A DNA stretch of 64,000 nt from a virus. Taxonomy: Duplodnaviria; Caudoviricetes. A program made the translations under genes and the position numbers. Each line of letters starts with the position of its first letter. Within the stretch, counting starts at the first letter, position 1. The notes below the pieces were generated by a model, which worked only from the letters and a program-made list of their open reading frames with translations, was not told the DNA's origin and ran no database searches. Shown one piece after another: positions 1 through 9,789 of this stretch. Location: positions 557 to 64,556 of IMG/VR virus record IMGVR_UViG_3300037249_000354. The stretch is one strand, 5' to 3'.

Positions 1-1350
1 GGTATGTTCAAACGTTGCAAAGTTGCCGTTGTTATTCTGTTTAACCATAAAAAATGGATTGTTGTATTTTGCTGTCGGAGCTGTCCCTCTTTGATAATTG
101 TTATTCCGCACTGAAATTTGCGGCATATCTTTCGTAACAAAGAGATTGCCTGTCAACGTGCCACCAGCCAAAGGAAGATAAGTTGTTGCTATATCTTTAC
201 CGTTCTTGTCACCAGTTGCTTTTGTTGCAGTTGCCGCGTTTCCTGTACAACTACCACTACTTCCAGAGCAATTACCTGTAACATCAGCTTTGATGGTAGC
301 AGGTAGCTTGATGGTAGCATTGCCAGAGCCATCAAATGAAGCACCTGTGCCTGTGTTGGTAGCTGAACTGTCCTGTATATTGATAGTCCTTGCAGTTTTT
401 AGCTTTGTCGCAGTTGCGGCATTGCCGTTAAGAGCACCTGAGAAGGTATCTGTTTTCAAAGTACCATCTTCGGCGTTCCATGTCATCTCTTTGGTTTTTG
501 TGTTCGTTTCTGCCGACACGTTATCTTTTGTCACGGAATACCAACGCACTACGTTATCGCTGTTCAACGCACCACAAGCAACCCTGTACCCATTGACAGG
601 CATATTCCACACTGCTCCGAAACCAGTAGCAGTCGAAGATACTAATGCTTTTCCTGCTGTTGCACCAGCTACCCATGTACTTCCTCCCGGAGTGCTATTA
701 ATTTTTGAAGCCGTAGCCGCATTTCCTGTGCATGAGCCAGAAGAACCAAAAACATTACCTATTACATTACCTGTGAATTTTGTAGCAATAACCTCAGAAG
801 TTGAAGGATTTACTTTTACTCCACTTGCAAAGATGCCCGTCTTAGCTCCCTGATTAGTGGTGGCGTTTGCGGTTGGAGTAAGGAGTACGGGATATGTATT
901 ATCAGCCGTAGACACATTCTGCGTCATAGCCGTATTGGTGTCTGTATTAATATCGCCAACTAAGTCATATTGTGAACCATTATACACAAACTGATATGTC
1001 CCGTTGGCAGTAAGGTAGTCAGCGTTTATTGCTGCCCCTCGGTAGTAAATGGGCTTTGCCCCTGTAGAATTGACGTTAAGAGTAGGATTAGCCGCTGTAT
1101 TGGTTACAGTAAACTTGACCGCTATCTTGGCACCTGCGATAAGCGTAAACCCAGTGCAAGCAACGATTTTCCCTGCCGTTCCTGCCGCCGTAGAACACTC
1201 ACCATAGTGCTTCACAGCGTTTGAATTACCGGGAACAACACCGTCAAAATTGACGGTGTTTCCCAGTGCTTTGTCAAAAAAGGCAGAGAACAAACTAGAG
1301 AACTCGTTCCACGCTTCTAGCGTCCAACGCATATAACTAGGATTGCTCAT
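1..1350 (-). CDS. tail fibre protein, N-terminal part (runs off the window start)
   Basis: Absent from the ORF track. I read an open minus frame from ATG 1350 (AAAGGAG RBS upstream) to position 1: MSNPSYMRWTLEAWNEFSS...; Thr/Gly/Asn/Ala-rich with repeated GSCTGNAATA and YLPLAGGTLTG motifs typical of tail fibres. Confidence 0.85.
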   Translation of the reverse strand, partial: MSNPSYMRWTLEAWNEFSSLFSAFFDKALGNTVNFDGVVPGNSNAVKHYGECSTAAGTAGKIVACTGFTLIAGAKIAVKFTVTNTAANPTLNVNSTGAKPIYYRGAAINADYLTANGTYQFVYNGSQYDLVGDINTDTNTAMTQNVSTADNTYPVLLTPTANATTNQGAKTGIFASGVKVNPSTSEVIATKFTGNVIGNVFGSSGSCTGNAATASKINSTPGGSTWVAGATAGKALVSSTATGFGAVWNMPVNGYRVACGALNSDNVVRWYSVTKDNVSAETNTKTKEMTWNAEDGTLKTDTFSGALNGNAATATKLKTARTINIQDSSATNTGTGASFDGSGNATIKLPATIKADVTGNCSGSSGSCTGNAATATKATGDKNGKDIATTYLPLAGGTLTGNLFVTKDMPQISVRNNNYQRGTAPTAKYNNPFFMVKQNNNGNFATFEHT

Positions 1351-1373
1351 AGTTCATTCTCCTTTCCGATTGA

Positions 1374-2075
1374 TTAAGAGAAAAGTTCCTGGATGTCAGA
1401 CTGAGTAATATCAGCCAGAGTTGCCGACTTCAAGCCGTTGATATATTCCTGGTCAGCAGCACTAATAGCACCAGCAGAACCACCAGTACCGTTAGTGGAA
1501 GCTACAGCCAGAGCCATAGCCACGCCGTTAGCACCAACGCTAAGACCGTTGGCATTGGAACTGTCCACAACAACAGAGAACTGGCCATTGCTGAGAGAGA
1601 GGCCGTTACCTGCGGTGTAAACATCAACGAGGTCATTGACCGGCAGGTAGATGTGTTCAGCGGTCTCAGAAGCATCCTTGGCATTGATGACGAAATCGAT
1701 ATATTTATCGCCTACCTGTGCGCCACTGTACGGGGTGTCAGCCGTAGTAACAGTCTCAAGGGTTGCACTCTTAACGAGGAAATCCTTGGGGATGTCGATG
1801 TCCGGGGACAGGGCCACGCCGTTTGCCTTGATGGTGTAGGAAGCTGCATAGCCAGTGTTGGCCGTGGTTTTCTTCTCAACAGCAATCAGAATATCAACGT
1901 CCTTGTTCCCATCGGGAGTCAGGGCAGTACCATTAACCTTCACGCCATCAATCAGAATGTCGGTGCTCTGAAGGAATTTGGCTTCATTGGCAGCATCCTG
2001 AAGTGTTTTGAAATAGCCCAACCCTTCAAGATACTCAGACTTAGTTACAACCTGTGCAAGCTGTTCAGCAGTCAT
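1374..2075 (-). CDS. virion-associated structural protein in the tail-fibre region (hypothetical)
   Basis: 239-aa track ORF; start refined to MTAEQ at 2075 after GAAAGGA RBS; beta-rich composition; tail-module position. Confidence 0.6.
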   Translation of the reverse strand: MTAEQLAQVVTKSEYLEGLGYFKTLQDAANEAKFLQSTDILIDGVKVNGTALTPDGNKDVDILIAVEKKTTANTGYAASYTIKANGVALSPDIDIPKDFLVKSATLETVTTADTPYSGAQVGDKYIDFVINAKDASETAEHIYLPVNDLVDVYTAGNGLSLSNGQFSVVVDSSNANGLSVGANGVAMALAVASTNGTGGSAGAISAADQEYINGLKSATLADITQSDIQELFS

Positions 2076-2143
2076 TTTGAACCATCCTTTCATGAAAGAA
2101 AATTTTATATATTGTAAGACCAGACGCGCCTAGTATCGCCTAG

Positions 2144-2449
2144 TCAAAACAATCCAGCTATATCTTCCGGCGTAATGTCAGCTTCGGTAATATCTGTGCC
2201 ACCACCGCCACCACTTTCGAGCTTGGTGGCCACGCAATTAACATAAGTTTTCTCACGCAATGCACGAATAAAGATGGTATCGGCAGAAATCGGAAAGGCT
2301 GAGTTATCCGACTTGAGAACCACCACGCCTGTTCCTGCAACAGGATTATTGGTGCAAATCTCAATGCCAGAACCTTCCTTGACGTAGATATAACCGCTTG
2401 TTTCCTTAATCTGCACAAATTTATCAGGGTTTACGATATACTGTGCCAT
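2144..2449 (-). CDS. hypothetical virion protein
   Basis: Start MAQY at 2449 after GAGGTGAG RBS; C-terminus (DITPEDIAGLF) resembles the ends of 1374-2075 (DITQSDIQELFS) and 58521-59246 (DITKTDIQALFA). Confidence 0.6.
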   Translation of the reverse strand: MAQYIVNPDKFVQIKETSGYIYVKEGSGIEICTNNPVAGTGVVVLKSDNSAFPISADTIFIRALREKTYVNCVATKLESGGGGGTDITEADITPEDIAGLF

Positions 2450-2461
2450 GTTTCTCACCTC

Positions 2462-3064
2462 CTACTCTAGCTTTATGGATTCAAGGACAATTTCTTCTAA
2501 GTCCCAACCGCCCATGAAAATTTGCTGAAATTCAGCTTCATCATCTTGAAAGTGGCAACGGTAGAACCATCTGCCAGTCCACCTCAACACCGCACCATTG
2601 CTAGGTGCATCGTCAAAAACAATAAGCCCGTTCTTGTCCCATGTAAACGCCGTTATTTCATGGTTATTTACAAATATCCGCGGCCTGTTAGCCACGCCAA
2701 AAACAGGCTCAACATAGTCACCATATTGCCGTGTCAGTCTGAAATATCTTTTCTCACCATCACCTGTGCCAAATCTTTGCTTGGCTACAGCGTTATCCTC
2801 AAATAGAGGGTCAGCATATAAGAAATCCTGCCCTGCACCGCCAAGCTGATTGTAGAACGCCATGAGCGTGTGTATATCATCAGCCATTGAATTTCTATCT
2901 GAAAGGTAGCTGAATGACAGGTTGAAGGTGTAGTAAGGATAGGTGTAGCATTGCAAGAACTTCTTTACACCGCTAATACTCTCTTGGGTTATCGTATTCC
3001 AATGCGGCGTTTTGCCAATCGGATATTGAAGCCCACGGAGAGTGGGAAAGATTAAGTCACTCAT
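2462..3064 (-). CDS. DUF2460-family distal tail (Dit-like) protein
   Basis: Motifs FYNQLGGAGQDFLYADP, FGTGDGEKRYFRL, WTGRWFYRCHF; directly follows the tape measure gene; start MSDL after GGTGATGG. Confidence 0.8.
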   Translation of the reverse strand: MSDLIFPTLRGLQYPIGKTPHWNTITQESISGVKKFLQCYTYPYYTFNLSFSYLSDRNSMADDIHTLMAFYNQLGGAGQDFLYADPLFEDNAVAKQRFGTGDGEKRYFRLTRQYGDYVEPVFGVANRPRIFVNNHEITAFTWDKNGLIVFDDAPSNGAVLRWTGRWFYRCHFQDDEAEFQQIFMGGWDLEEIVLESIKLE

Positions 3065-3129
3065 GCCATCACCTACCTTTACATAAAAATAGCGCACCGC
3101 CTTTGCAGTACGCTTGCCGTGAAACTCTA

Positions 3130-3166
3130 TGCTATTATCTTATCACATTAAAGCCTAACTTTTGTG
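3130..3166 (-). promoter_or_regulatory. putative late promoter, copy 2
   Basis: Minus strand CACAAAAGTTAGGCTTTAATGTGATAAGATAATAGCA aligns without gaps to 19011-19047; TG-extended -10 TAAGAT. Confidence 0.5.
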
Positions 3167-3172
3167 TATCAT

Positions 3173-3208
3173 AAAAAGAAAATCCCTGCATCCGTAGACA
3201 GCAGGGAT
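3173..3208 (-). terminator. Rho-independent terminator after tape measure gene
   Basis: Stem ATCCCTGC/GCAGGGAT followed by a T-run on the minus strand. Confidence 0.8.
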
Positions 3209-3213
3209 AAACC

Positions 3214-6200
3214 TTACACTAAACCTCTGGCGGTTAGATAGCCATTGCGAATGCCTTTCTTCACATTCTTTGACAAGTCACGATTATAATTTCTGAGAAC
3301 CCTCTCGAACCCTCTCGAATCTACTGTGCTTACCTGAATGTTGCTCTTGATGTTCGCATTACTAGAATTGCCACCACCAAGGCTACCGCCATTTCTGGCA
3401 GTATTGCGGATAACATCTGCTTGCTCCGGCGTGAGAACCATTTCGTTCTTATGCACCATTGCAAACATATCACGCTCGATATTGCCACCAATATCGAAGC
3501 TAGGCACATTGAAGGTAGTGGATTGCATAACAGGCGTAGGTGTCATGTAGTAGCTATCAGGGGAACGCCCAAGGTTTACGCTACTGGTTTTCTTTGTTTC
3601 AGAAGAACCTCCGCCACCAAAGCCACCGAAGAGAGAGAACAGGGCTAGTACAGCCATTATCCAACCCATCATAGCCGTAGTGGTTGCCTGTACGGTTGCA
3701 GCAGTTGTCTGGCTTTGAGCTACAATAGCGGTATCACCTGTTTCCTCGGTAGTAACCTGCGCTGTTTTGTATGCTCCCCATTCAGCACCCATTGCCGCTG
3801 TACTTGCACTTGTAGTGGCTTGCATAGTAGCGGTGCCCTGTTGAGTAGCCGCATTGACAGCAGTCCAGCTTGTAGAAATGGTGTTTTGCATCGTAGAGCC
3901 AATCTGGTTCATTCTCTGCTTGACTTCCTGCATGGTGTTCTTCGGTATCAGGTTATCAAGCACTGAGAAGCCACCAAACAGGCCACTACTACCACCTTTA
4001 CCTTTGCCTTTCTTGTCACCCAAGCCAATGCCCTGCGTGCGTCCAAACAGCCCTAAGTCACCATAGGAACCTAGAATTAGTGAACCGAAGTCACCGCCAC
4101 CCATGATGCCAGTATCTTTAATGGCACCCATAGCACCACGATTCTGCCCTAGAGATTTTTTCTTACCCGTAGGGTGAAGCATTTCAGATAGCCAGCCTTT
4201 GACTTTCTCGGCTAAATCTTGAGTAAACAGCTTGATAATGTCATTGACGATGCCTTTGAACATATCACGCAAGGCAGCACCAAAGGATTTTGTGCCATTC
4301 AGTATGGATTCTAAGCCACTTTGGAAACCATTCGTGAAAGAATCAATGAACTGAATAGTGTATCTTGCGTTATACTGATAGGCTTCTGCCGCCAAATCTT
4401 GCTGTTTCTGGCGATATGCTTCTTCCAACTTCATTTCTTCATCAAGGGCTTTCTTGGTGGCATCCACATCCCTTGACAGCCACATCAGCTTTTTAGCGTA
4501 CCATTCTGCTTCTGCCCTATCCTTGGCATAGATAAGTCCCTGATAAGCCGCCATCATATCTTCTGCTGTGCCTCTATCCAAGGCAACAGTAGAAGCTAGT
4601 TTGGCATCAAGAATAGGCTTCTGCATAGCGTAGTTGCGCTCATTTTTGCGGTTGTAGTAATCACGCACATCAGCCTTAGACATAAGCCCTAGCTTCTCAG
4701 CAAAGGCTACCTCAGAATCAGCCATCTTGTCGATTGCCGCTACCTGCGTATCGGTGGCTTTCTGGGCATACTCAGCCCGCTTTGCTTCTTCTTTGGCGTA
4801 CTCAGTCAGCTTCTTAGCATAATCCTTTTGTGCGTTCTCCAACACAGCAAATGGATTCCTGCCGTTACCAATGCCCATCATCTTTTCATAGAGTTGCAGT
4901 TCTTCTCTAGCAGAAACCTTCTGCCCTTCTCTTTGCCTCTCAGTTTTCAGACGTTCAAGTTCAAGGTCAAAGAGCTTCTTTGCCTCTTGATAAGATGCCT
5001 TTATCGCCTTTTCGCCATCGGTGTAGTTGTCCTCGCCATTCTTGCGTTCAAAGCGTGTAGCATACTCTCTGGCATTGCGCTGTCTTTGCCAATCAACAGG
5101 TGAGCCGGGAGCTTCACCACTACGCTCATAGTGCTGATTGATAAGGCTTGCCCATTGTTCCGGCGTGGTAGGCGCGGCAGAAAGAATCCTGCGATACGCT
5201 TCTTGTTCGTTACCCTGTCTCATTTCGTAGATAGCGAAGTCATACTGCAAGGCACGTTTCTGCTGAATGTCCATTGCATTGTACTGTTCTTCGCTAATAC
5301 CACGCAAGTTGGCAAGGTAATCATCCATGAAGTCGTACCAACGCCCTGTACGGTTGGCATCGTTGTAATCCCATTGGATTAACCCACGGTGGCTACCATT
5401 GTCAGCGTCAGGGTTGAAACCAGATTCCTGCATGATGTTGCCCAGAAGTCCAAGCACCATGTTCTTGTCTAAGCCTTTGCCAACAAGATAGCGATAGCCC
5501 ATTGCTTCCGGTGAATTGTCGGCTTCTTTTGCGCCCTTTGCGCCTTTACTGCCTTTGCCTTTGGAGCCTGCGCCACCGCCGCCACCTTCTAAATCATCAT
5601 ATCCTCGAAGCAATTCAGGAGAAAGCGCATATGGGTTATCCTTATCACCCATCATGCCACCATAGGCATCACCCATGACATTTTTCAGCAAATCGCCAGC
5701 TTGTTCTTGCCCAAGTTTAGCCAATCCAGCAAGTCCTTCGTCAAGGAAAGTTTCTATGAAGCCTTTCTTTTTGACTTGCCCTTCCGCTTTCTTGAAGTCG
5801 CCCCAAGAAGCAACGGTGGATTCACCAAAGCTACCGCCTCCACCACCATAACCGGCGGCACCAGTCCCAACGCTACCACCTTCCACATTTATACTGGTAT
5901 CGCCACCAATGGTAAACGCATTTTTGATAGCCTTTTGTATCTGAGAAGCGATATTGGAGATTTTTTGCGCCGCACGAATGAGTTGTCCAATCGTGCCATC
6001 AAGGAAGTCAGCAAAAGTCCTGCTTACGTTATCACGAATCCATTTGACTGCTTCATCAAATCTGTTCGCAATCCAAGCAAGAATACCCTGAACGCCTTTG
6101 CCGTGAATCCCTAGCTTTTCTTTTACCCAATCAAGAATCTGCCCAAACTTTTCAGCCGCCCATTGTACGGCAGGGATAATTAGTTTAACGAATACAGTCC

Positions 6201-8937
6201 TGACTGCTTCAAAAAGTCCATAAAAAGCAATGATTAAAGGTGAAAGAACATCAATGATTATTTCAACAGCGGTAGCTATTGCCGCTACGAGAGTATTCCA
6301 TGTTTCTTGTATCAAGCCAGAGTATTCGTCCCAATTAGTAACAACTTCATAGAGTGCCGCTATCAAAAGGGCGATTGCTGCTGCTACTGCTGCCACTGTA
6401 GCAATCAATGGCAAAAGAGCAGTTTCCAAAGCTAGTGTTGCCGCTGTACAAGCTACAGAGGCCAACCCTGCAAGGGTCAGATTACCAGTAAGAACCCCCA
6501 TAGCAATTCCATAAGCTACCGAAGCCGCCGTAGCAATGCCAGAAGCAATACTTTGCGCCGTGGTAATCACGGTTAAGCCTATCTGGGCAATAGAAACGCC
6601 TGTTATAGCACCTTTGAGTACCGTGAACGCTGTAGTTATCCCTTCAGCAATAAAGGTTATAATACCCCACCCAAGCATAGCCAATCTGACAGCAACAAAA
6701 GCCATAGCTAATTGCCCTAAAGCCTCAATGGTGCCGCCAATAGTATCAGCATTTTGAGTGAGAACATCTGCGATAGCAATACCGGCGTATACAATTCCTT
6801 CCATCACAGGGAGAAGTGTACCACCAACAGTTTGTGCCAAAATTGTAGCAGAAGCCTTGAATCTTTCAATGCCAACTGCATATGTTTGCAGGGATTTTTC
6901 AAGCAAGCTATCAGTCATAGCATCAGACGATAGTTCCTTCATGTCCTGCAACGCTTTTCTAAATACTCCACCTGTATCACGCAACAAAGCCATAGCCGCA
7001 TTAGCCTGGTATTTGCCGCCTGCGATTAAATAAGCTAGATTTCTTTGTCCTTCTTCGTTTAGGTTCTTGAAAGCGTCCTGTAATTCAAGAATTATATCTT
7101 TACCGTTTCTAACAACTTTTTTCCCATCAGCATCAAGTTTGTATAGTGCAATTCCCAATGATTCAAGAGCTTGTCTACCTTTCTTTGTATCAAGATTAGT
7201 AGCAATGCTCTTGAAAGACATTCCTATGGTGCTCCCGCTAAGTCCAGTCGTGGTAGCCAACGTAGCAATAGCCGCCATAGCTTCAGATACATTCATGTTC
7301 AATGCCCTAAATGCAGAACCAGAACGCTCCAAAGCATCCAACATTTCTGTGCCGTTAATTCTAGTGGTATGAAGCATAACAGAAAAATCATTTAAGAATT
7401 TTCCTGCTTCTTTTGCGCCCATGCCAAACTGCAAAAGAACGGATTCCAAGTCTCTAGCGGATTTACCTGTATCAACAAAATCCAACCGTGACATTTTAAG
7501 CGCAACACCAGTCAGATAGGTTGCCGTATTTACATCTTTGAAGCGTCTAGTAATAATCTGCATTGCTTCTTGTACTTCCTGTACAGACATACCAAATCCT
7601 TTGGCATAATCTTGTGCTACCCGCCCAAGTTTTTGCACATCAGAAGTCAATGCTGCATGATTGCCACGATACTTTTCTGTCAACTCCAAATTCTGCATGA
7701 TTTTGGTGTTGAGTGCTTCAAATTCCTTTGTGGCTTCGCTCAATACAACAGGTAAGCCAACGATTCCACCGATAGCAACAGCACTTGCCATCCATGTTAA
7801 ATGGTGTTTGAGTGACTTGGCGGCATCTTCTAACTTACCAAAAGCACCTACATACTTATCAAAATCCAATCCTTCAAGCGGATTGCCCATAGGTGGGATT
7901 GCACCCAGGTTACGAATCTCATTGCCAATAGCAGTCAACCTGCCCTGCAAACGGATAAACACCGCTTCGCTCATTTTGGCATGAGATTGCAGATACTTAT
8001 TGACTTCTTCGTAGGCTACCTTGTATTGCGTCTGAAGTTGTCTAATACGTTGATTTTGCTGATTTTGTTCAGCTTGTCTTTTCCTGCTAAGTGCATCTTC
8101 CTGCTTGAATATTTCCTGGTAAGCAGCCTTGTGCGCCGCCGTTCTTCCTGCAATAGCCCTTTCTTCTGCCGCAAGGATAGCTTGCCCTTGTTGCTTGCGA
8201 AAATCTGCCTCGGCCTTTGCTTCTTCACGAACACGCCTAGCGTAATCACCATAGCCTGTATTGCCAGCAGAACTAGAAAGCTGTTTTACAACATTGGCCT
8301 GTTCTTTTGCGACTTGCTTTACCGCTTCTGCCTGTGCTTTGGTTGCTTCGCTAAGTTTTTGCCTTGAACGCATTTCTCCTTCTAAGAGTTTTGCGTTCTG
8401 CTTCATAAGGTTCTGCTCGTCCTTGGCGGCTTGCGCCAAAGCCTTATCCATTTCCTTTGTGGCAAGGGCTGTCTGGTCAACACGATTCTTGAAATCAAGC
8501 TGTGCGTCTTTAAGCCTATCAACTTTCAGCCTTGCATTTTCAAATTCTTGTTGCAGGGCTTTCAGCGTTGCTGGATTAGCTACATCGGTATTAACACCAG
8601 AAGCCATATCCGCTTTCAGCTTTTCAATCTTCTGGTGGATTTTTTCAGCTTCTTTTTGTGCTTCTCTTAGTTGAGTAGCATAACTCTTGAAGCCATCACT
8701 GGCTTTTTTGGTGGCAGGTTCTACGCCATCAAGAGAACCTTTCAAAGAATCAACAGCGGTTTTTATCTGCCCTGTCATAGTAGCATTTAGGCTACCCATA
8801 GTTTTACTCAGATTATCAGTTACGGCCTTAGTGCTATTGTTTATAAAATTAGCCATAGCTTCAAACTGAGATTTCAACTGTGAATAATCAGCCGTGACAA
8901 CTACTTTATATTCACCTAAAGATGATACATCAGCCAT
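3214..8937 (-). CDS. tail tape measure protein with embedded phage-tail-lysozyme-like domain
   Basis: 1907 aa; coiled-coil N-terminus, TP901-type core (LERSGSAF...IGMSFKSI), hydrophobic repeats, GLDKNMVLGLLGNIMQESGFNP motif near 5400-5500. Confidence 0.92.
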   Translation of the reverse strand: MADVSSLGEYKVVVTADYSQLKSQFEAMANFINNSTKAVTDNLSKTMGSLNATMTGQIKTAVDSLKGSLDGVEPATKKASDGFKSYATQLREAQKEAEKIHQKIEKLKADMASGVNTDVANPATLKALQQEFENARLKVDRLKDAQLDFKNRVDQTALATKEMDKALAQAAKDEQNLMKQNAKLLEGEMRSRQKLSEATKAQAEAVKQVAKEQANVVKQLSSSAGNTGYGDYARRVREEAKAEADFRKQQGQAILAAEERAIAGRTAAHKAAYQEIFKQEDALSRKRQAEQNQQNQRIRQLQTQYKVAYEEVNKYLQSHAKMSEAVFIRLQGRLTAIGNEIRNLGAIPPMGNPLEGLDFDKYVGAFGKLEDAAKSLKHHLTWMASAVAIGGIVGLPVVLSEATKEFEALNTKIMQNLELTEKYRGNHAALTSDVQKLGRVAQDYAKGFGMSVQEVQEAMQIITRRFKDVNTATYLTGVALKMSRLDFVDTGKSARDLESVLLQFGMGAKEAGKFLNDFSVMLHTTRINGTEMLDALERSGSAFRALNMNVSEAMAAIATLATTTGLSGSTIGMSFKSIATNLDTKKGRQALESLGIALYKLDADGKKVVRNGKDIILELQDAFKNLNEEGQRNLAYLIAGGKYQANAAMALLRDTGGVFRKALQDMKELSSDAMTDSLLEKSLQTYAVGIERFKASATILAQTVGGTLLPVMEGIVYAGIAIADVLTQNADTIGGTIEALGQLAMAFVAVRLAMLGWGIITFIAEGITTAFTVLKGAITGVSIAQIGLTVITTAQSIASGIATAASVAYGIAMGVLTGNLTLAGLASVACTAATLALETALLPLIATVAAVAAAIALLIAALYEVVTNWDEYSGLIQETWNTLVAAIATAVEIIIDVLSPLIIAFYGLFEAVRTVFVKLIIPAVQWAAEKFGQILDWVKEKLGIHGKGVQGILAWIANRFDEAVKWIRDNVSRTFADFLDGTIGQLIRAAQKISNIASQIQKAIKNAFTIGGDTSINVEGGSVGTGAAGYGGGGGSFGESTVASWGDFKKAEGQVKKKGFIETFLDEGLAGLAKLGQEQAGDLLKNVMGDAYGGMMGDKDNPYALSPELLRGYDDLEGGGGGAGSKGKGSKGAKGAKEADNSPEAMGYRYLVGKGLDKNMVLGLLGNIMQESGFNPDADNGSHRGLIQWDYNDANRTGRWYDFMDDYLANLRGISEEQYNAMDIQQKRALQYDFAIYEMRQGNEQEAYRRILSAAPTTPEQWASLINQHYERSGEAPGSPVDWQRQRNAREYATRFERKNGEDNYTDGEKAIKASYQEAKKLFDLELERLKTERQREGQKVSAREELQLYEKMMGIGNGRNPFAVLENAQKDYAKKLTEYAKEEAKRAEYAQKATDTQVAAIDKMADSEVAFAEKLGLMSKADVRDYYNRKNERNYAMQKPILDAKLASTVALDRGTAEDMMAAYQGLIYAKDRAEAEWYAKKLMWLSRDVDATKKALDEEMKLEEAYRQKQQDLAAEAYQYNARYTIQFIDSFTNGFQSGLESILNGTKSFGAALRDMFKGIVNDIIKLFTQDLAEKVKGWLSEMLHPTGKKKSLGQNRGAMGAIKDTGIMGGGDFGSLILGSYGDLGLFGRTQGIGLGDKKGKGKGGSSGLFGGFSVLDNLIPKNTMQEVKQRMNQIGSTMQNTISTSWTAVNAATQQGTATMQATTSASTAAMGAEWGAYKTAQVTTEETGDTAIVAQSQTTAATVQATTTAMMGWIMAVLALFSLFGGFGGGGSSETKKTSSVNLGRSPDSYYMTPTPVMQSTTFNVPSFDIGGNIERDMFAMVHKNEMVLTPEQADVIRNTARNGGSLGGGNSSNANIKSNIQVSTVDSRGFERVLRNYNRDLSKNVKKGIRNGYLTARGLV

Positions 8938-8939
8938 GC

Positions 8940-9287
8940 TTACTTACCTCCTTTCTTTCTCTGTGAAGGCAATATTCTCAGCTTTCTCCGTGGCTTCTTT
9001 TGCAGGTTGTTGATGTTCACTCCAAAATCAGCGCACAGATTGTTGAGTTGCGTCCTCTCAAAATTCTGTCTTTCGCCCTCCGACTTGAACGCCCTTGGCT
9101 TGGGAGTAGGCAATCTATCTGCCGAAGCAGAAGAACCGCTACTCCCACCGCTTTGGGCTTCAAAGTACATCTTAATCAGCATACCAGGTGGAGGACACTC
9201 ATGCAGGTACATCAAGTGTGCGAAAAGGCGTTCCATGTCCAGCATTTCGTCCACATATTGCTCATTGTAGCCGAAGTTTGCCGCCAT
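8940..9287 (-). CDS. tail assembly chaperone, T segment (probably made as the -1 frameshift GT product)
   Basis: Frame is open upstream to the slippery site at 9353-9359 (KRIEGVCREQGEAELSWLDIYPRMAANF); lies between chaperone and TMP. Confidence 0.75.
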   Translation of the reverse strand: MAANFGYNEQYVDEMLDMERLFAHLMYLHECPPPGMLIKMYFEAQSGGSSGSSASADRLPTPKPRAFKSEGERQNFERTQLNNLCADFGVNINNLQKKPRRKLRILPSQRKKGGK

Positions 9288-9310
9288 GCGTGGATAAATG
9301 TCAAGCCAGC

Positions 9311-9712
9311 TTAGTTCTGCTTCTCCTTGCTCTCGACAAACGCCCTCAATGCGTTTTTTTGCGCTTCAGCAATGCGCCTGTTCATTTCCTCGCTCTGGCT
9401 AATGAGATATTGGAACAGAGAGAACAGGGTCATAATATCCTCGCACCCATCTTCCACAACACTTTCATCAATCTGCGGATAGTTCCTAGCCAGTGCCATC
9501 GTGACAAGGCTTACAAGGTCGCTTACACTCTCCTGCGATACCGCAAAGGTGTTCTCCTGATTCATTTCAGCAAACTCTTTCTGGATTCGCTGAATCTTAG
9601 CAGAAGCATCACCCTTGGAGAAAGCCTTAATCGGCAAAGGTGGCAGAATATAGGTTTCACCACCAAAGGTCACTTCTACGCCGTTGAACTTTACATTTTT
9701 CTTGCTTGCCAT
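9311..9712 (-). CDS. tail assembly chaperone (gpG-like)
   Basis: Between tail tube and TMP; start MASKK after GAAAGGG RBS. Confidence 0.75.
   Translation of the reverse strand: MASKKNVKFNGVEVTFGGETYILPPLPIKAFSKGDASAKIQRIQKEFAEMNQENTFAVSQESVSDLVSLVTMALARNYPQIDESVVEDGCEDIMTLFSLFQYLISQSEEMNRRIAEAQKNALRAFVESKEKQN
9353..9359 (-). other. -1 programmed ribosomal frameshift slippery heptamer A AAA AAC
   Basis: X XXY YYZ heptamer in the correct phase near the 3' end of the gpG-like gene; the -1 frame joins ORF 8940-9287 without a stop. Confidence 0.75.
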
Positions 9713-9741
9713 GATAAAACGCCCTTTCATTTACAAAAAAT

Positions 9742-9772
9742 TGCCCTCCACTCCATTATGAAGCAGAGGGCA
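9742..9772 (-). terminator. hairpin/terminator after major tail gene
   Basis: TGCCCTC...GAGGGCA stem followed by TTTTTT on the minus strand. Confidence 0.55.
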
Positions 9773-9789
9773 TCTATTTTAGGGAGAGA

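Noticed and set aside
1-1350. Diversity-generating retroelement or invertible tail-fibre cassette
   Set aside because: No reverse transcriptase, template repeat or DNA invertase is seen; the repeats present are short in-frame fibre motifs.
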